Below are positions 26,399-37,902 of a stretch of DNA of 64,000 nt, one piece after another. A program made the position numbers and the translations under genes. Position 1 is the stretch's first letter. Each line of letters starts with the position of its first letter. This DNA is from Narcine bancroftii (taxonomy: Eukaryota). The DNA lies in assembly GCF_036971445.1 (NCBI RefSeq), contig NC_091471.1, positions 235,910,001 to 235,974,000 of the forward strand. Direction: 5' to 3'. Under the pieces are notes generated by a model. That model was not told the origin of the DNA and searched no databases. It saw only the letters and a list, made by a program, of their open reading frames with translations.

Positions 26399-27407
26399 TC
26401 AACTGGAAACTTGTTTTTCCCAGCGAATCAGTAAACGAACTGCAATCTCAGCATCATCAGACGGAGTTTGGGAAACATACATCCTTTGGGTTGTAGTGAT
26501 CTGACAAAGGGTCCGTTGAATTAAACACTGCACACAAGTCATTAGGCAGGGAAGTTTCATGATGGCTAAAGTAATGAGTCCAACTGCTATAAGGGCTGTG
26601 TGTATCCACCTCCAGTCACCAGTAAAAAGTTCAACCACCTGACCATTGTGACCATTGTCATCTATCGATCTTCCACAAACGCCGCCCTCAGCAGCTAACA
26701 AGTAATCGAGAGCCAGGCAGTTTTGATAAGCTGTCGTTGTTCTTCAGCCAATAAATCCAAGGCCATCGCTGTCTGTTTGGTGATAATCTTCAAAACTGCC
26801 TGGAGTCTGGTTAAACAGTTTAAATGCCAAACAGCTGTGGTATTCTGGAGCAGCTTGAGCCGTTTACAACTCAAATCCCCCTTATAGTGATTGCCTTTAG
26901 CCTTCCAAATTTATTCGTGACCCAAAGATGATTTACAAGATGCCAAGTTGGGGGGGAGCGTTTATTGTTACCTAACCTGTGAGTAGCAGCTTGTCTGCGA
27001 GCATTAGCATATATACCCCCTTTATCCCTACTCCAGGTAGAGCCCTGACTAATGTTCTGCCTATCATTTTCCCACCATCTTCTTTGTACCATATTTTTAG
27101 CACTCATCTCTTTAATATCTGTAGAGGCCAGGACGCCAACCCAATCCACTCCCCTAGGGCAGGTCTGTTTCCCTGGTCCATGTTGGGATCCTAAATTAAA
27201 CCATACTAAATAAGGTACCCCACTATGAATACACTCTATACCTGTGCCCTGTATGCATTCTAAAGGTAAACTTGTCCATTCCTCAAAGTAATTATCACCT
27301 CTGCTGCCCCTATTCCAGGAGGACTTAATATATTGTGTACGATTGGGTGGTTTCCCAAAAATTGGGAACCAGCAGGAAAACAATACAGCAAATAATAAAA
27401 ATAACAT
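26399..27407 (-). pseudogene. env: ERV env, internally deleted
   Basis: Hydrophobic leader MLFLLFAVLFSCW whose ATG overlaps the pol stop (TAATG). TM heptad RLQAVLKIITKQTAMALDLLA, ISD-like YQNCLALDYLLAAEGGVCG, and a membrane anchor. Confidence 0.88.
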
Positions 27408-30400
27408 TACAGCACTTTTTCCCAGCGAAGAGTAACTTTCAGACCAGAAGGATGCGAGACTGCACGCCAAGTGGAGGATGTATTATCAACGTCTTTAGTT
27501 CGTGGGTTAGCTTGTTTAATGCGTTGTATGTGAGTCCACCCCTTTTCTTTTGTTCGCACTGCAGTGTCTGTAATCAGAAGTACACAATAAGGGCCGTCCC
27601 ATATCGGTTTTAGTTTATGGTCTTGCCACGCTTTTACATATACCCAATCACCAGGTTTAACAGAATGAATAGGATAGTCCAGGGGTGGGTTTTGAGCTAA
27701 TAAACCCTTCTGTCGTAAATCATACAGAGAAGTAGAATGTCCCTGCAAATATTTAGATATGTACTGGTCATTAGCCTCAGGGATAGGGGTATCAGTGTGG
27801 AATCCCATGTAAGGAAGACCAAACATCATTTCATATGGTGAGACAGCAAGGTCTTTACGAGGAGCTGTGCGAGTCCTAATTAAAGCTAAGGGTAAGCATT
27901 TAATCCAGGAGAGGCCAGTTTCCTCATGAAGTTGAGTGAGTTGATTTTTCAGGGTCTAATTCATCCGTTCAACACGGCCTGAACTCTGGGGGAGCCATGG
28001 GGTATGTAACTGCCAATCTATTCCCAGAATTTTACACACACCCTGGAGTACCTGAGAGGTAAAATGTGTACCTCGATCTGAGTCATGGTTTGAATAATGC
28101 CATAGCGTGGAATAACAGACGCTAGTAATATCCGGATAACGGTGCTAGCACGATCATTAGGGGTCAGGAAAGCCTCAACCCATCGAGTAAAATGATCCAC
28201 CATCACCAGGAGGTATTTATAAACCCCCATCTTAGGTAATTCCGTGAAGTCAATCAGTAGCCTGTGTTCCCCAATGTGTCTGCTGGTGGAGCTGATCAAT
28301 AATCTAACGAGCCAAGGCTTTGTTCAGTACTTGGCGTCCCTCTGCCGTCCACCACAACCCATCGGCAGTTTGACGCATTCCCTGGTCTTTCATATAAACC
28401 TCCTCCTCCCGTGAAGATGGGAGTCTTTTTAACCTCATGTGGGGTGGGGAGTAACAGCTGCATGTCTATTTTTTCTGTGAGTGCAGCCTGTTTGGCAGCT
28501 TCATCTGCCCGTCTGTTCGCCTGTGCTTCAGGACTGTCAATAATTTGATGGCCCCGTACATGAACTACAGCTATCTCCTCAGGTAACATAAGAGCATCTA
28601 AGGATTGAACAATTAAGTTTTCATGGATCAACTTTTGTCCTTTCCCAGTTATCATTCCCCGCTCTTTCCAAATCTTTCCAAAGGTATGCACTACACCAAA
28701 AGCATACTTTGAGTCGGTATAGATTGTGCCCACCTTTCCCTCTAAACCCTGGAGAGCTCTACAGAGGGCATAAAATTCGCAGGATTGTGCCGACCAATGA
28801 CCGGGAAGAAGACCGGCTTCAATCACAACTCCTTCATTCCCATCCACTATACTATACCTGCTATAATGAATGCCGTCAATGCAGCGGGAAGATCCATCAA
28901 TAAACCATCTTTCACCCTCCCGTAAAGGTTCATCACTTAAATCATCTCTAATTTTTGTCTGTAAATCGATCACTTCTAAACATACATGCTCTAAATCATT
29001 GGGGACAGTATCAGAATCTGGAGAAACCAAGAAGGCGGCTGAATTCTGTTCTTTGTTCATAATCAGTGTCAAATCAGCCCTATCCATGAGAATCGCTTCA
29101 CACTTTAACATTCTAGAATCAGTAAGCCACCTTCCGGCACGTTGTAAGAGAATGCTGCGGACTGTGTGAGGGGTATGAACTAACGTCGGGGCACCAAACA
29201 TAATCTTTCATCCTTCTTTGACTAAAATAGCAGTGGCTGCAATTGCTTGCACACATTCTGGCCAACCACGACAAACGGGATCTAAAATTTTTGACAGAAA
29301 GGCAACTGGTTGTCTAAAGCCTGCCCTCTCTTGCGTTAATACTCCTATGGCCACACCATCTTTCGCATTGGTATATAGGTCAAATGGCTTATTTAGGTTG
29401 GGTAAAGCCAAAACTGGGGCACTAATAAAACGCTGTTTCACCAAGGTAAAATCTTTAATCTCCTCCTCCGTCCAGACAACAGTTTCACCCCCTAGAGTCG
29501 CAAGTTTATCATAAAGAAATTTGACCAGGCTAGAATAATTCTCAATCCAAATTCTACAGTATCCCACTAAACCAAGGAATTTTCTAAGTTCTCGAGCACT
29601 CTTTGGAGGCGGGATCTGCAGAATACCGTGTGTTCTCTCTGGACTTATCTTCCTAATTCCTTGACTAACCAGATGACCTAAGTATTTAACTTCAGATTGA
29701 ACAAATTGTAACTTTGATTCGCTCACTCTAAGACCCTTATTCCCTAGAAAATTCAGAAATTTAACAGTGTATTGTTTAACCACATCATACGTTTTTCCCG
29801 TGATTAATAAATCATCAACATATTGTATTAATTGACAATTCTCTCTCCGAGGGGCCTCATCTAGTACCTGTTCTAAAACTTGGCCAAACAAATTTGGGGA
29901 TTCTGTAAAACCCTGGGGAAGGACTGTCCACCGGTATTGATTTTTCCGTCCTGTAAAAGGATTCTCCCATTCAAATGCAAACATGTCCCTATTGTCTATT
30001 GCCAATGGACAGGTCCAGAAGGCATCTTTCAGGTCAATTACACTAAACCACTTACTATGGGGATCAATTTTACCCATTATCGTATAAGGGTTAGGTACGA
30101 CCGGATAACGGGTGAGAATGATTTTGTTTAACTCCCTCAAATCCTGCACTAATCGATAGGTACCATCTGGTTTTTGGACAGGTAAAATTAGGGTATTAAA
30201 AGGTGACATACAAGGGTCGAGTATACCATCTTTCACCAATTGGTCAATTACTGGTTGCAGCCCCTTTCGGCCAGCCATAGGAATTGGATACTGTTTTCGT
30301 CTAATTACTTGGTCAGGGTTTTTAAAGTAACTTGCAGGGGAGGAACATCTAACCCTCCTCTATTGCCTCTTTTTGCCCATACTCCAGGATTTATTAGTTC

Positions 30401-30806
30401 CCGATCCTCCTCTGTTAGTACATAAAATTGAACCCCGATACCTGATCCCTGTGGTCTGGTACCGATAGCCAATTGGTCTTGAAAATGTCATCCCAGCAGG
30501 CAAACTCCAGCTTGGGGAACTAGTAAAATATCCTCTGTTATTATCTTTTCTCCCATTTCTCCCATTCTTTAGTATAGGGACCATAAAATCTCTTCCTCCC
30601 ACTCCCAAAATTATCACTGTCCCTTCTGTTTTAACACCCTCGGGCCGTTGTAAAATACTAGACCGGGCTGCCCCAGAATCTACTAAAAAAGTCATCTCGT
30701 CACCGTGGGGTCCTATGCTTAAATTTACCAATGGTTCTCCGTGCAGCCCCACGGTGTGTATTGACTGAGAACCGTGACCCCCCCATTCATAATCTGCCTC
30801 CATCAA
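27407..30806 (-). pseudogene. pol: ERV pro-pol (protease, RT, RNase H, integrase), frameshifted
   Basis: FLVDSGA; LPQGF, QYVDDLL; FIDGSS, YTDSKYAF; IDFTELP..VDHFTRWVEAF; WDGPY. Confidence 0.94.
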
Positions 30807-30815
30807 TGCATAAGA

Positions 30816-32450
30816 TCACGTCTCCCTGGCTTGCATTGGGCATTCCCTCTTAAAGTGTCCCTCCTTTTTGCAATAATAGCAAACTAATGCTCCTGTTTCC
30901 CAATTTCTACCAGGGTCTCCACGGGGTCCCAGGGATGGTCGTCGTCCCCGGAATTCTCCTCTACCCCTGCCTCTGCTCTGGTCTCTACTTCCCCACCCCT
31001 GGCGCTCCTCCCAACGTCCAGGAGCTGGCACACAGCTCCTAACATTTCCCTGCTGTCCCTCCACAACCTCCTTGACTGCCTGCATCCACATCTTAGCCTT
31101 TCCTTTCTGTTGATCTTCAGACCTCTGGACGTATGCCCTTTGTGCGATCTGTAAAAGCTGTGTTATTCCCTGTTCATGCCAATTCTCTGTCTTTTGTAAT
31201 TTCTTCCTGATATCTGGGGCTGAATTAGTAACAAAGCCCATCAATACCAACTGTTCACCTGCTGGGGATCCTATATCCAACCCCCCATATTGCTGTATGG
31301 CCGCACGCAATCTATTCAGAAATGCAGAGGGGGGTCTCCTTGGGACCTTGGGGAACCTCAAATGCCTTCTTAAAGTTCTGTCCTTTTGAACAGACTCCTT
31401 CATTCCTTTGATTAGATTAACCCTGTACTCATCCATTTGCATGCGGCCTTCATTAGTAGTCTTATCCCAATTTGGGTTCGCCAGGGGAAATTTAGCTTCT
31501 CCAGGTATCGCCTCTGGTCCCCCTTGGTGTTCCCTATCCAAGACTCTAATCCCTGCCTGGCGAATCATTCCACGCTCATCCAAAGTAAACAGAGTCTTAA
31601 AGATAGACATGAATTCATCCCAGGTATATATATTAGGTCCCAAAAATTGATCTAATTGTTCTGCACATCCCTGAGGGTCTTCTATCAGAGAGGTCATTTC
31701 CTTCTTAAAATTGCGCACCTCCGTACTGGTCAGAGGCACATTTACGAACCCGATACCCCCCATATTCCCTCCCAAGGGAACCTCTCGTAACGGTCTCATC
31801 CAGTTAATTTCTGGCTTATCCCCTCCTCTATGATGTTCTGAATGACCCTCATAACCAAAGTCTCCTCCCTCTCGTGTCAATTGAGGCGGTAATCTTGTAC
31901 TCTGTGAGCGGGTCATCATTCCACCCCTACTTTCTTTTTCTTTCTCTAACTGTGGAGGAAGAGGGGAAGGTGAAAAAGGGTAAAGTGTAGGTGAGAGGGG
32001 GAAGATAGGAGCTGGCACAGGTGGAACATAAGGTGGAGGAAGGGAATGTAACACATCCCATCCTTGTGTTTCAGGGACAAAAGGTTCCTCATCCTTCTTG
32101 TTCTTACATCCCTTTTCGCTCAAAATCATTTGATCAAACGATCCACTGAGCCAACAGGCTGCATATTCTCTGCTCTCGGTATTACCTCCTTGATTTTAGT
32201 AGAGCCAGACGTTTAATGCCTGACACATCCAGTCCTTGTCGGATCCGAACTTTGGCCAATATACCGAACTCCCTTTTATCGGATTCTTAACCCATTCCTG
32301 ATAGCAATACCTGACCATGGTCTGTTTATCTTTCCCACGGGTTTTCCCCATACCCCAATCAGATAACATTAATCCTAAAGGACTATGTTTAGGTATCTGA
32401 TCTTCCCATCCTTCTCCAGGACTGTTTCCCTTGCTACTTACTCCTCCCAT
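30816..32450 (-). pseudogene. gag: ERV gag (MA-CA-NC) with one internal stop
   Basis: MGGVSS myristoylation-type start, SPLG..L..W, PPPY late-domain motif, SAPDIRKKLQK, CYYCKKEGHFKREC knuckle; TAA at 32196-32198. Confidence 0.92.
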
Positions 32451-33299
32451 ACTAGCAGGTAAATAAATTCCTCTTACCGGGATCCAGTAGCTATTCCTAG
32501 CGTGCTTCCTTAATGTCCTCCTGTCTTTTGTTTTCAATGCCTCTTCTCGGATATCACTCGCTTCATCCACTGACCAGTCACCCGTAGTCTGTGAGTCCAG
32601 CTGAATCAGCCGGGGTGCACCTACCCACGTCGTCGGGCACTCTGTCAGTGGAGGGAGTGGGATCCCGGACGAGCCCCCATTTGTGAGAAACAGATGTACC
32701 TTCACAGAAATTGCTCGAGACAAAAATTGAGAACAAAGAACATTTATTGTACAACAGTGCAAAGTTGGGTGCTTCCCCTTACCATGGGAATACACACACA
32801 TACTGGGGCTCATCTAACTTTTATACAGTTCATTTCAGTGTAGAGATAACCCCTCCCCCCCCCCCACCTTTAACATTCTGCCTCCTGGATTGGTTTGGCA
32901 TTTGGTAATTCTGTCTGCCTACGTGTAAACTTGAAAGACAATGGGGTATCCTGTCTGGGTCCCATCATGTCATTGTCCTTATTCATGAATCTACCTTTGT
33001 TCTTATTCAAACATCTCAACCCCCAGGAGTTACTAATTCTATATGCAGAATTTGCTAATTCTTTCTATCACTATAAGACCTTTCTTCTATTATATTTGCG
33101 TAACCCTTCCTCACACTCTTATCGGAATTCATCCCTATTCAGCACTTACTTAACTTCCTCTAGTCTAGTCTATTATTCTTTATTTCATTCATACTAACTT
33201 TACTTCCTATAATCTATTATCTCTCACAATGGGAAGGAGTTGTGAACATGGCAGTGCTGCTGGAACCAGCTGGAACAACAGCATTTCTGCTGGTGCGGA

Positions 33300-34005
33300 C
33301 CTGTGAGGAGTGGAAATACAGCGCTCCTGTGGGGGTCCAACTGCCCAGTCGACTGACATCAGCTCTGCAAAAGCTTTTAATGGCCCATTAAAGGAGCCAA
33401 CAGAAGTTTATTTAAAATCCCGCAAACACGGAGTCTGCTCCCAAGATGGCGGCGCCAGTGATCGGCAGCAGCCACGAGGGGAACAAAGGACTAGCGCAGG
33501 GCACCAGAAAAAGGGGAGAACCCCCCCCACACCTCTGTCTGAGAAGGCGAAGCAGAGGAGATGAAGCATGGAATGGTGACCAGTGAGGGGCTCGGCAGCT
33601 GGAAGACCCACGCTTGCGGCAGGCTGCTGGCAATTCAAGGCGAGGAATCTGCTGGAGAGCACTGTCTGGAGACTCGTGCTGGGCTGCGGACTCCTGGAGT
33701 CTGGCTCGAAACTGGCTGAAGGAGTTACCGGGCATCGGAACCGGGATGCGAGGGGGTGCCAAAGGGGTCCTGACCAGGTCGGAGGTTTGGATCTGGACCT
33801 CGGGTCACCGATGGTTCGGACTGGACTCTGTGGGCCTGTGGGAGCTGGAGGTGAATCCACGGACACTTGGTGACTCTGGGGAGGGGGGAGAATTCTCTTT
33901 TGCTTCTCTCTCTCTGACTGCAAGAGGCACTCCAGGCAATTCCTACCGATGGTGAAACTGTCTGCCTGACAGCAGGTAAAGGCAGTTTCACGTAATACAA
34001 TAACT
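33300..34005 (+). mobile_element. Non-coding interspersed repeat (SINE or non-autonomous LINE derivative)
   Basis: Shares GGAGGTTTGGATCT..CTGGAGGTGAATCC with 18650-18720; no credible ORF. Confidence 0.5.
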
Positions 34006-34378
34006 TGAATCAAGCACATGGAGGGGACTGTGCACCCAAAGGTGATGCTGCACCCACTCTTTAAAAAAACCTCCTGCATTCCAGGGACTGCAGGAAAATA
34101 CAATCCATATTAATCTGTGTAACACCACCTCCCCCCACACCCCACCAATGCTGATTAGACTAGAAGACATTGCATCAGAAATAGGCCATTCAACCCCTTG
34201 ATCCCTGATCCATTTTCCCACTCGGCCCCACCATCCTGGCCTTCTCCCCGACTAATTAAGAATTGACCAATCTCTGCCTCAAACACACCCAAGGACCTGG
34301 CCTCCACAACCGCCTGTGGGAACAAATTCCACAGATTCCCCACCAGCAGGCTGAAGAAATCCCTCTGTGTCTCTGCAG

Positions 34379-34460
34379 TGTGGATGCAGAAAGGACACGG
34401 ACAGATTCAGAGAATGCACAGGAAAGTGGCAAATCAAATGCAGAAGTCAGAGAGAGTACG
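34379..34460 (+). CDS. Candidate additional exon of the netrin-like gene (reading frame unresolved)
   Basis: Acceptor TGTGTCTCTGCAG and donor G/GTGAGT. 82 bp of unique sequence between two opposed CR1 fragments. One frame reads CGCRKDTDRFRECTGKWQIKCRSQREY. Confidence 0.4.
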
Positions 34461-34739
34461 GTGAGTGTTGAAGGGCGCCCACTGAGAAACGTTACACGGA
34501 AGGAATTCTTCAACCGGAGGGCGGGGAATCTGGTGCCACTGGCGGTTGTGAAGGCCAGGTTACTGGGTAGGATTAAGGCAGAGGTTGATGGTTTCAGGAG
34601 TAGCCAGAGGATCAAAGGTTATTAGGAGAAGGCAGGTGAGGAATGCGAAAGGGAAAATGGATCAGCTCATGATTACATGGTGGGGTAGACTTGATGGGCT
34701 GAATGGTCTATTCCTGCCACTGGAACTAATGACATGCTC

Positions 34740-35440
34740 GAACCCTGATACCACCCCCTTAACCTGATTCCATCCTCCACACCATGATACCACCCCCTAA
34801 TCCCGATACCATCCTCCTAACCCCAATACACCCAAAAACCATAATACCATCCGCCTAACGCTGATACCATCCCCAAATACTATACCACCTCCCTAACCTT
34901 GATACCTTCCCCCGAAAATCGATACCACACCCCCAACCCTGATACCTCCCCCAACCCTGATATCATCCCCCTAACCCCGATACCACCCCCTAACCCTGAT
35001 ACCATGCCCCTAACCCTGATATCACCCCACTAACCCTAATAACATCCCTAACCCCAAAACCATACCCCAAACATCGATACCACCCCCCAACCCTAATACC
35101 ATCCCCTTAACCCTGGCACCACCCCCTAACCCTGATACCATTCCCTAACCCTGATATGACCACCCAACACTGATACTCCCTAACCCTGATATCCCCAACC
35201 TCGATACCATCCCCTAAACCTGATACCATCCCCACAACCTGATATCATGCCTAACCCTGACACCACCACCCAGCCCTGATAACACCCCTTAACCCTGATA
35301 CCACCCCCTAATGCTGATACCATCCCCAAACCCTGATACCACCTCCCTAACCCTGATACCTTCCCCCTAACCCTGATACCACACCCCCAACCCTGATACC
35401 ACCCCCTAACCCTGAAACCATCCCCCTAATGCTGAGACCA
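34740..35440. repeat. Telomere-like minisatellite with a ~21-bp unit, CCCTAACCCTGATACCACC
   Basis: Dozens of degenerate units built on CCCTAA/CCCTGA. Confidence 0.9.
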
Positions 35441-35536
35441 CAGCCTCATGCTACTTTCTTTGGTCGATTGATTGGAGGTGTAGGGGAGGGGACGGGTGAT
35501 GCATTTTCGATCATGGATGGCTTCTCCATTTCTTAG

Positions 35537-35647
35537 CACTGCACCACATTGGCGGGGAATCGCAGCCCAATTTCCAGGATCACCGGCGTAGTGCTCGAGG
35601 CCAGAGGGCCCAGCGCTGGAATCATCGGCCCAGAAAGGTCCCCGGAG
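35537..35647 (+). CDS. Candidate internal exon of the netrin-like gene
   Basis: Acceptor CTTCTCCATTTCTTAG. A 111-bp phase 1-1 reading gives ALHHIGGESQPNFQDHRRSARGQRAQRWNHRPRKVPG, with donor G/GTCGGT. Confidence 0.5.
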
Positions 35648-35694
35648 GTCGGTGAAGGTTGGGGAGCAGACGGTGTTACAGTTAGAGTGGGGTT

Positions 35695-36095
35695 TGTACA
35701 GGGGGATGGGGAGTGGAGGGGGTTACAGAGACAGGGAGGGGGTTTGATCAAGGGGACGGGGAGTGGAGGGGTTTACAGAGACAGGGAGGGGGATGGGGAG
35801 TGGAGGGGTTTACAGAGACAGGGAGGGGGATGAGGAGTGGAGGGGTTTACAGAGACAGGGAGGGGGGTTTGAACAAGGGACGGGGAGTGGAGGGGGTCAC
35901 AGGGAGGGGGTTTAAAATGGGGGACGGGGAGTGGAGGGGTTAGAGACAGGTAGTGGGTTTGAACAGGGGCACTGAGAGTGGAGAGGATTACAGAGACAGG
36001 GAGGGTGTTTGAGCAGGGACACGGGGAGTGGAGGGGGTTACAGAGTCAGGGAGTGGGGTGTTGAACAGGGGGACCAGGAGTGGTGGGGTTTACAC
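35695..36095. repeat. G-rich minisatellite
   Basis: GGGAGTGGAGGGGTTTACAGAGACAGGGAGGGG units. Confidence 0.85.
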
Positions 36096-36199
36096 GTGTA
36101 TTTATATTTCCTTTGGCTGTCTCGTAGGTTTACCAGAGGGTCTGACAAACTCGCCACTGACAAACCTTTCTCCCATGAAACGTAAGAGACATTTGAGAA

Positions 36200-36710
36200 G
36201 GGGCTTCACTCTGTGTCCCACCCTGTGAGTGAGTGATGGGACGGGGGAAGAGGGTGCTTCACACTGTGTTCCACCCTGGGAGTGTGTGACGGGACGGGAG
36301 AGAGGGAGCTTCATTCTGTGTCCCACCACAGAATGTGTGACGGGACGGGGGGAAAGGGAGCTTCACACTGTGTTCCACCCCGGGAGTGTGTGACGGTACG
36401 GGGGGAGAGGGAGCTTCACTATGTGTCCCACCCCGGGAGTGTGTGACAGGATGGGGGAGAGGGAGCTTCACACTGTGTCCCACCCCGGAATGTGTGACGG
36501 GACGGGGGAGCGGGAGCTTCACACTGTGTTCCACCCCGGGAGTGTGTGACGGGACGGGAGAGGGAGCTTCACTCTGTGTCCCACCACGGAATGTGTAACG
36601 GGACGGGGGAGAGGGAGCTTCACACTGTGTTCCACCCCGGGAGTGTGTGATGGGACGGGGGGAGAGGGAGCTTCACTCTGTGTCCCACCCTGAGAGTGTG
36701 ACGGGACCGT
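36200..36710. repeat. ~52-bp minisatellite
   Basis: About 10 units of GGGAGCTTCACACTGTGTTCCACCCCGGGAGTGTGTGACGGGACGGGG. Confidence 0.9.
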
Positions 36711-36735
36711 TACTAAGAACCTGTGATTCCTGCAG

Positions 36736-36816
36736 AAACCAACTGCTCGTTACACTGTGAACCCTCCACTGGGAAAATTAAAATGGACCTGAAGGAATTT
36801 TGCAGCAAGGGATACG
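36736..36816 (+). CDS. NTN5: Netrin exon encoding the start of the C345C/NTR domain
   Basis: 81-bp phase 1-1 exon (CCTGCAG / GTGAGT) encoding ETNCSLHCEPSTGKIKMDLKEFCSKGY, which matches the netrin pattern C-x3-C..K..M..K..C.K.Y. Confidence 0.8.
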
Positions 36817-37333
36817 GTGAGTTCCTGTTTGTGGGAATGAGAGGAGAGGGTGAGAGGGGCAGAGGGGGGAAGAGGGAGGGGAGATGAGACTTGGGGGAAG
36901 AGAGTTGGGGAAAAGAGATGGAAGAGAGCAGGAGAGAGGGAGGTGAGAGGGTGGGAGAGAGAGGAGGGAGAAAGGGGGTGGAGTTAATGTGGGAAGAGAG
37001 GGGAGGGGTTAAGAAGAGTGTTGGAGGGGAGAGGTGGGTTTGGGAGAGGAGGCGCAGAGTGAGCGGGAGTGGGGTTTGAAGGAGGGGGATGAGGGGAGAG
37101 GGATGGAAGAAAGAGATTGAGAGTTGAAAAGGAAGAGGAGTGAATTGACCCTTACAATCTGACCTTTCACCTTTCTCTGCCTTCTCCCACCTCCTCTCCC
37201 CGTCTCTCCAACCTCATCCCCTTCCCTCTTTTCCCTTTGCCCCCTCTCCCTTCTCCTTCCTTTCTCCCTCTCATCCCTCCCTTCCCCTCTACCTCCCTCC
37301 TCCCACAACTACCTCCCTCCCCCATCCCCTCAG

Positions 37334-37902
37334 TGATCCGGGTCCGGGTTTTTGGGTCCCGGCAGCTGGGTGACTGGCGGAGATTCCGAGTCTCCATCTC
37401 CTCCATCTACCGGCCACCGTCCTGGCCCCTGGTCCCCGGGGTTCGCCACCTCTGGGTGCCATCCCGGGACTTGTCTTGTGGCTGCTTGGGGCTGGGGCCA
37501 AGCCGCACCTATCTGGTGCTGGGAGGTCCAGGGACGCGGCTGGGACCCCCTCTGGTGGTCGACCGGACGGGGGACAGCCTGCTCTGGAGGGGTGCCTGGG
37601 GGTCCCGGCTGAGGAAGCTGCAAGGGGCGCAGAAGGAGGGGAGGTGCAGAGAGTGGGTGCCCAGTCCTGGAGCTGTCTCACTCGATTTGGGTGTCTCAAC
37701 TGGTCCAGGGATCTCATCCGGTCTAGGGGTCTCACCTGGTCCAGGGATCTCACCCACTTCTAGAGAGGTCTTGCCCAGTTCAGGGGTCCCCCTCAGTCCT
37801 GGAGGGGTCTTTCCCAGTTCAAAGTCCTTGCTCAGTCTGGGGGTCTTGCCCAATTCGGGTGTCTCACCCAGTCGCAGAGGGGTCTCACGCAGCTCAATGT
37901 GA
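37334..37902 (+). CDS. NTN5: Netrin terminal coding exon (NTR domain plus Ser/Pro/Gly tail)
   Basis: VIRVRV..W.RFRVSISSIY..LWVPSRDLSCGCLGL.P.RTYLVLG..LVVDR....L.W...W..RLRKLQ.....G.C. As recalled, this is closest to netrin-5 (WVPRADLTCGCLRL). The symbol is also supported by SPHK2 proximity, as on human chr19q13. Confidence 0.82.

Larger units (their letters stand above)
25818..33228 (-). mobile_element. Class I (gamma-like, HERV-I/ERV3-related) endogenous retrovirus with two LTRs, defective
   Basis: LTRs at 25818-26362 and 32682-33228 (TG..CA, nearly identical). PBS TGGGGGCTCGTCCGGGAT (tRNA-Pro) at 32662-32679. PPT AAAAAGTGGGGAT next to the 3' LTR. Gene order gag-pro-pol-env. Confidence 0.96.

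Noticed and set aside
32662-32679. tRNA-Pro gene
   Set aside because: Only the 18-nt retroviral primer-binding site is present; there is no cloverleaf.
26074-33197. Duplicated 85-100-aa hydrophobic ORFs (MGVSCLGPIMSL..)
   Set aside because: Antisense frames within the two LTR copies; their identity reflects LTR duplication, not selection.
33256-33293. 38-bp AG..GT segment that would fix the phase of the 34379 exon
   Set aside because: It has no polypyrimidine tract and a weak donor; it was selected only because of its length.
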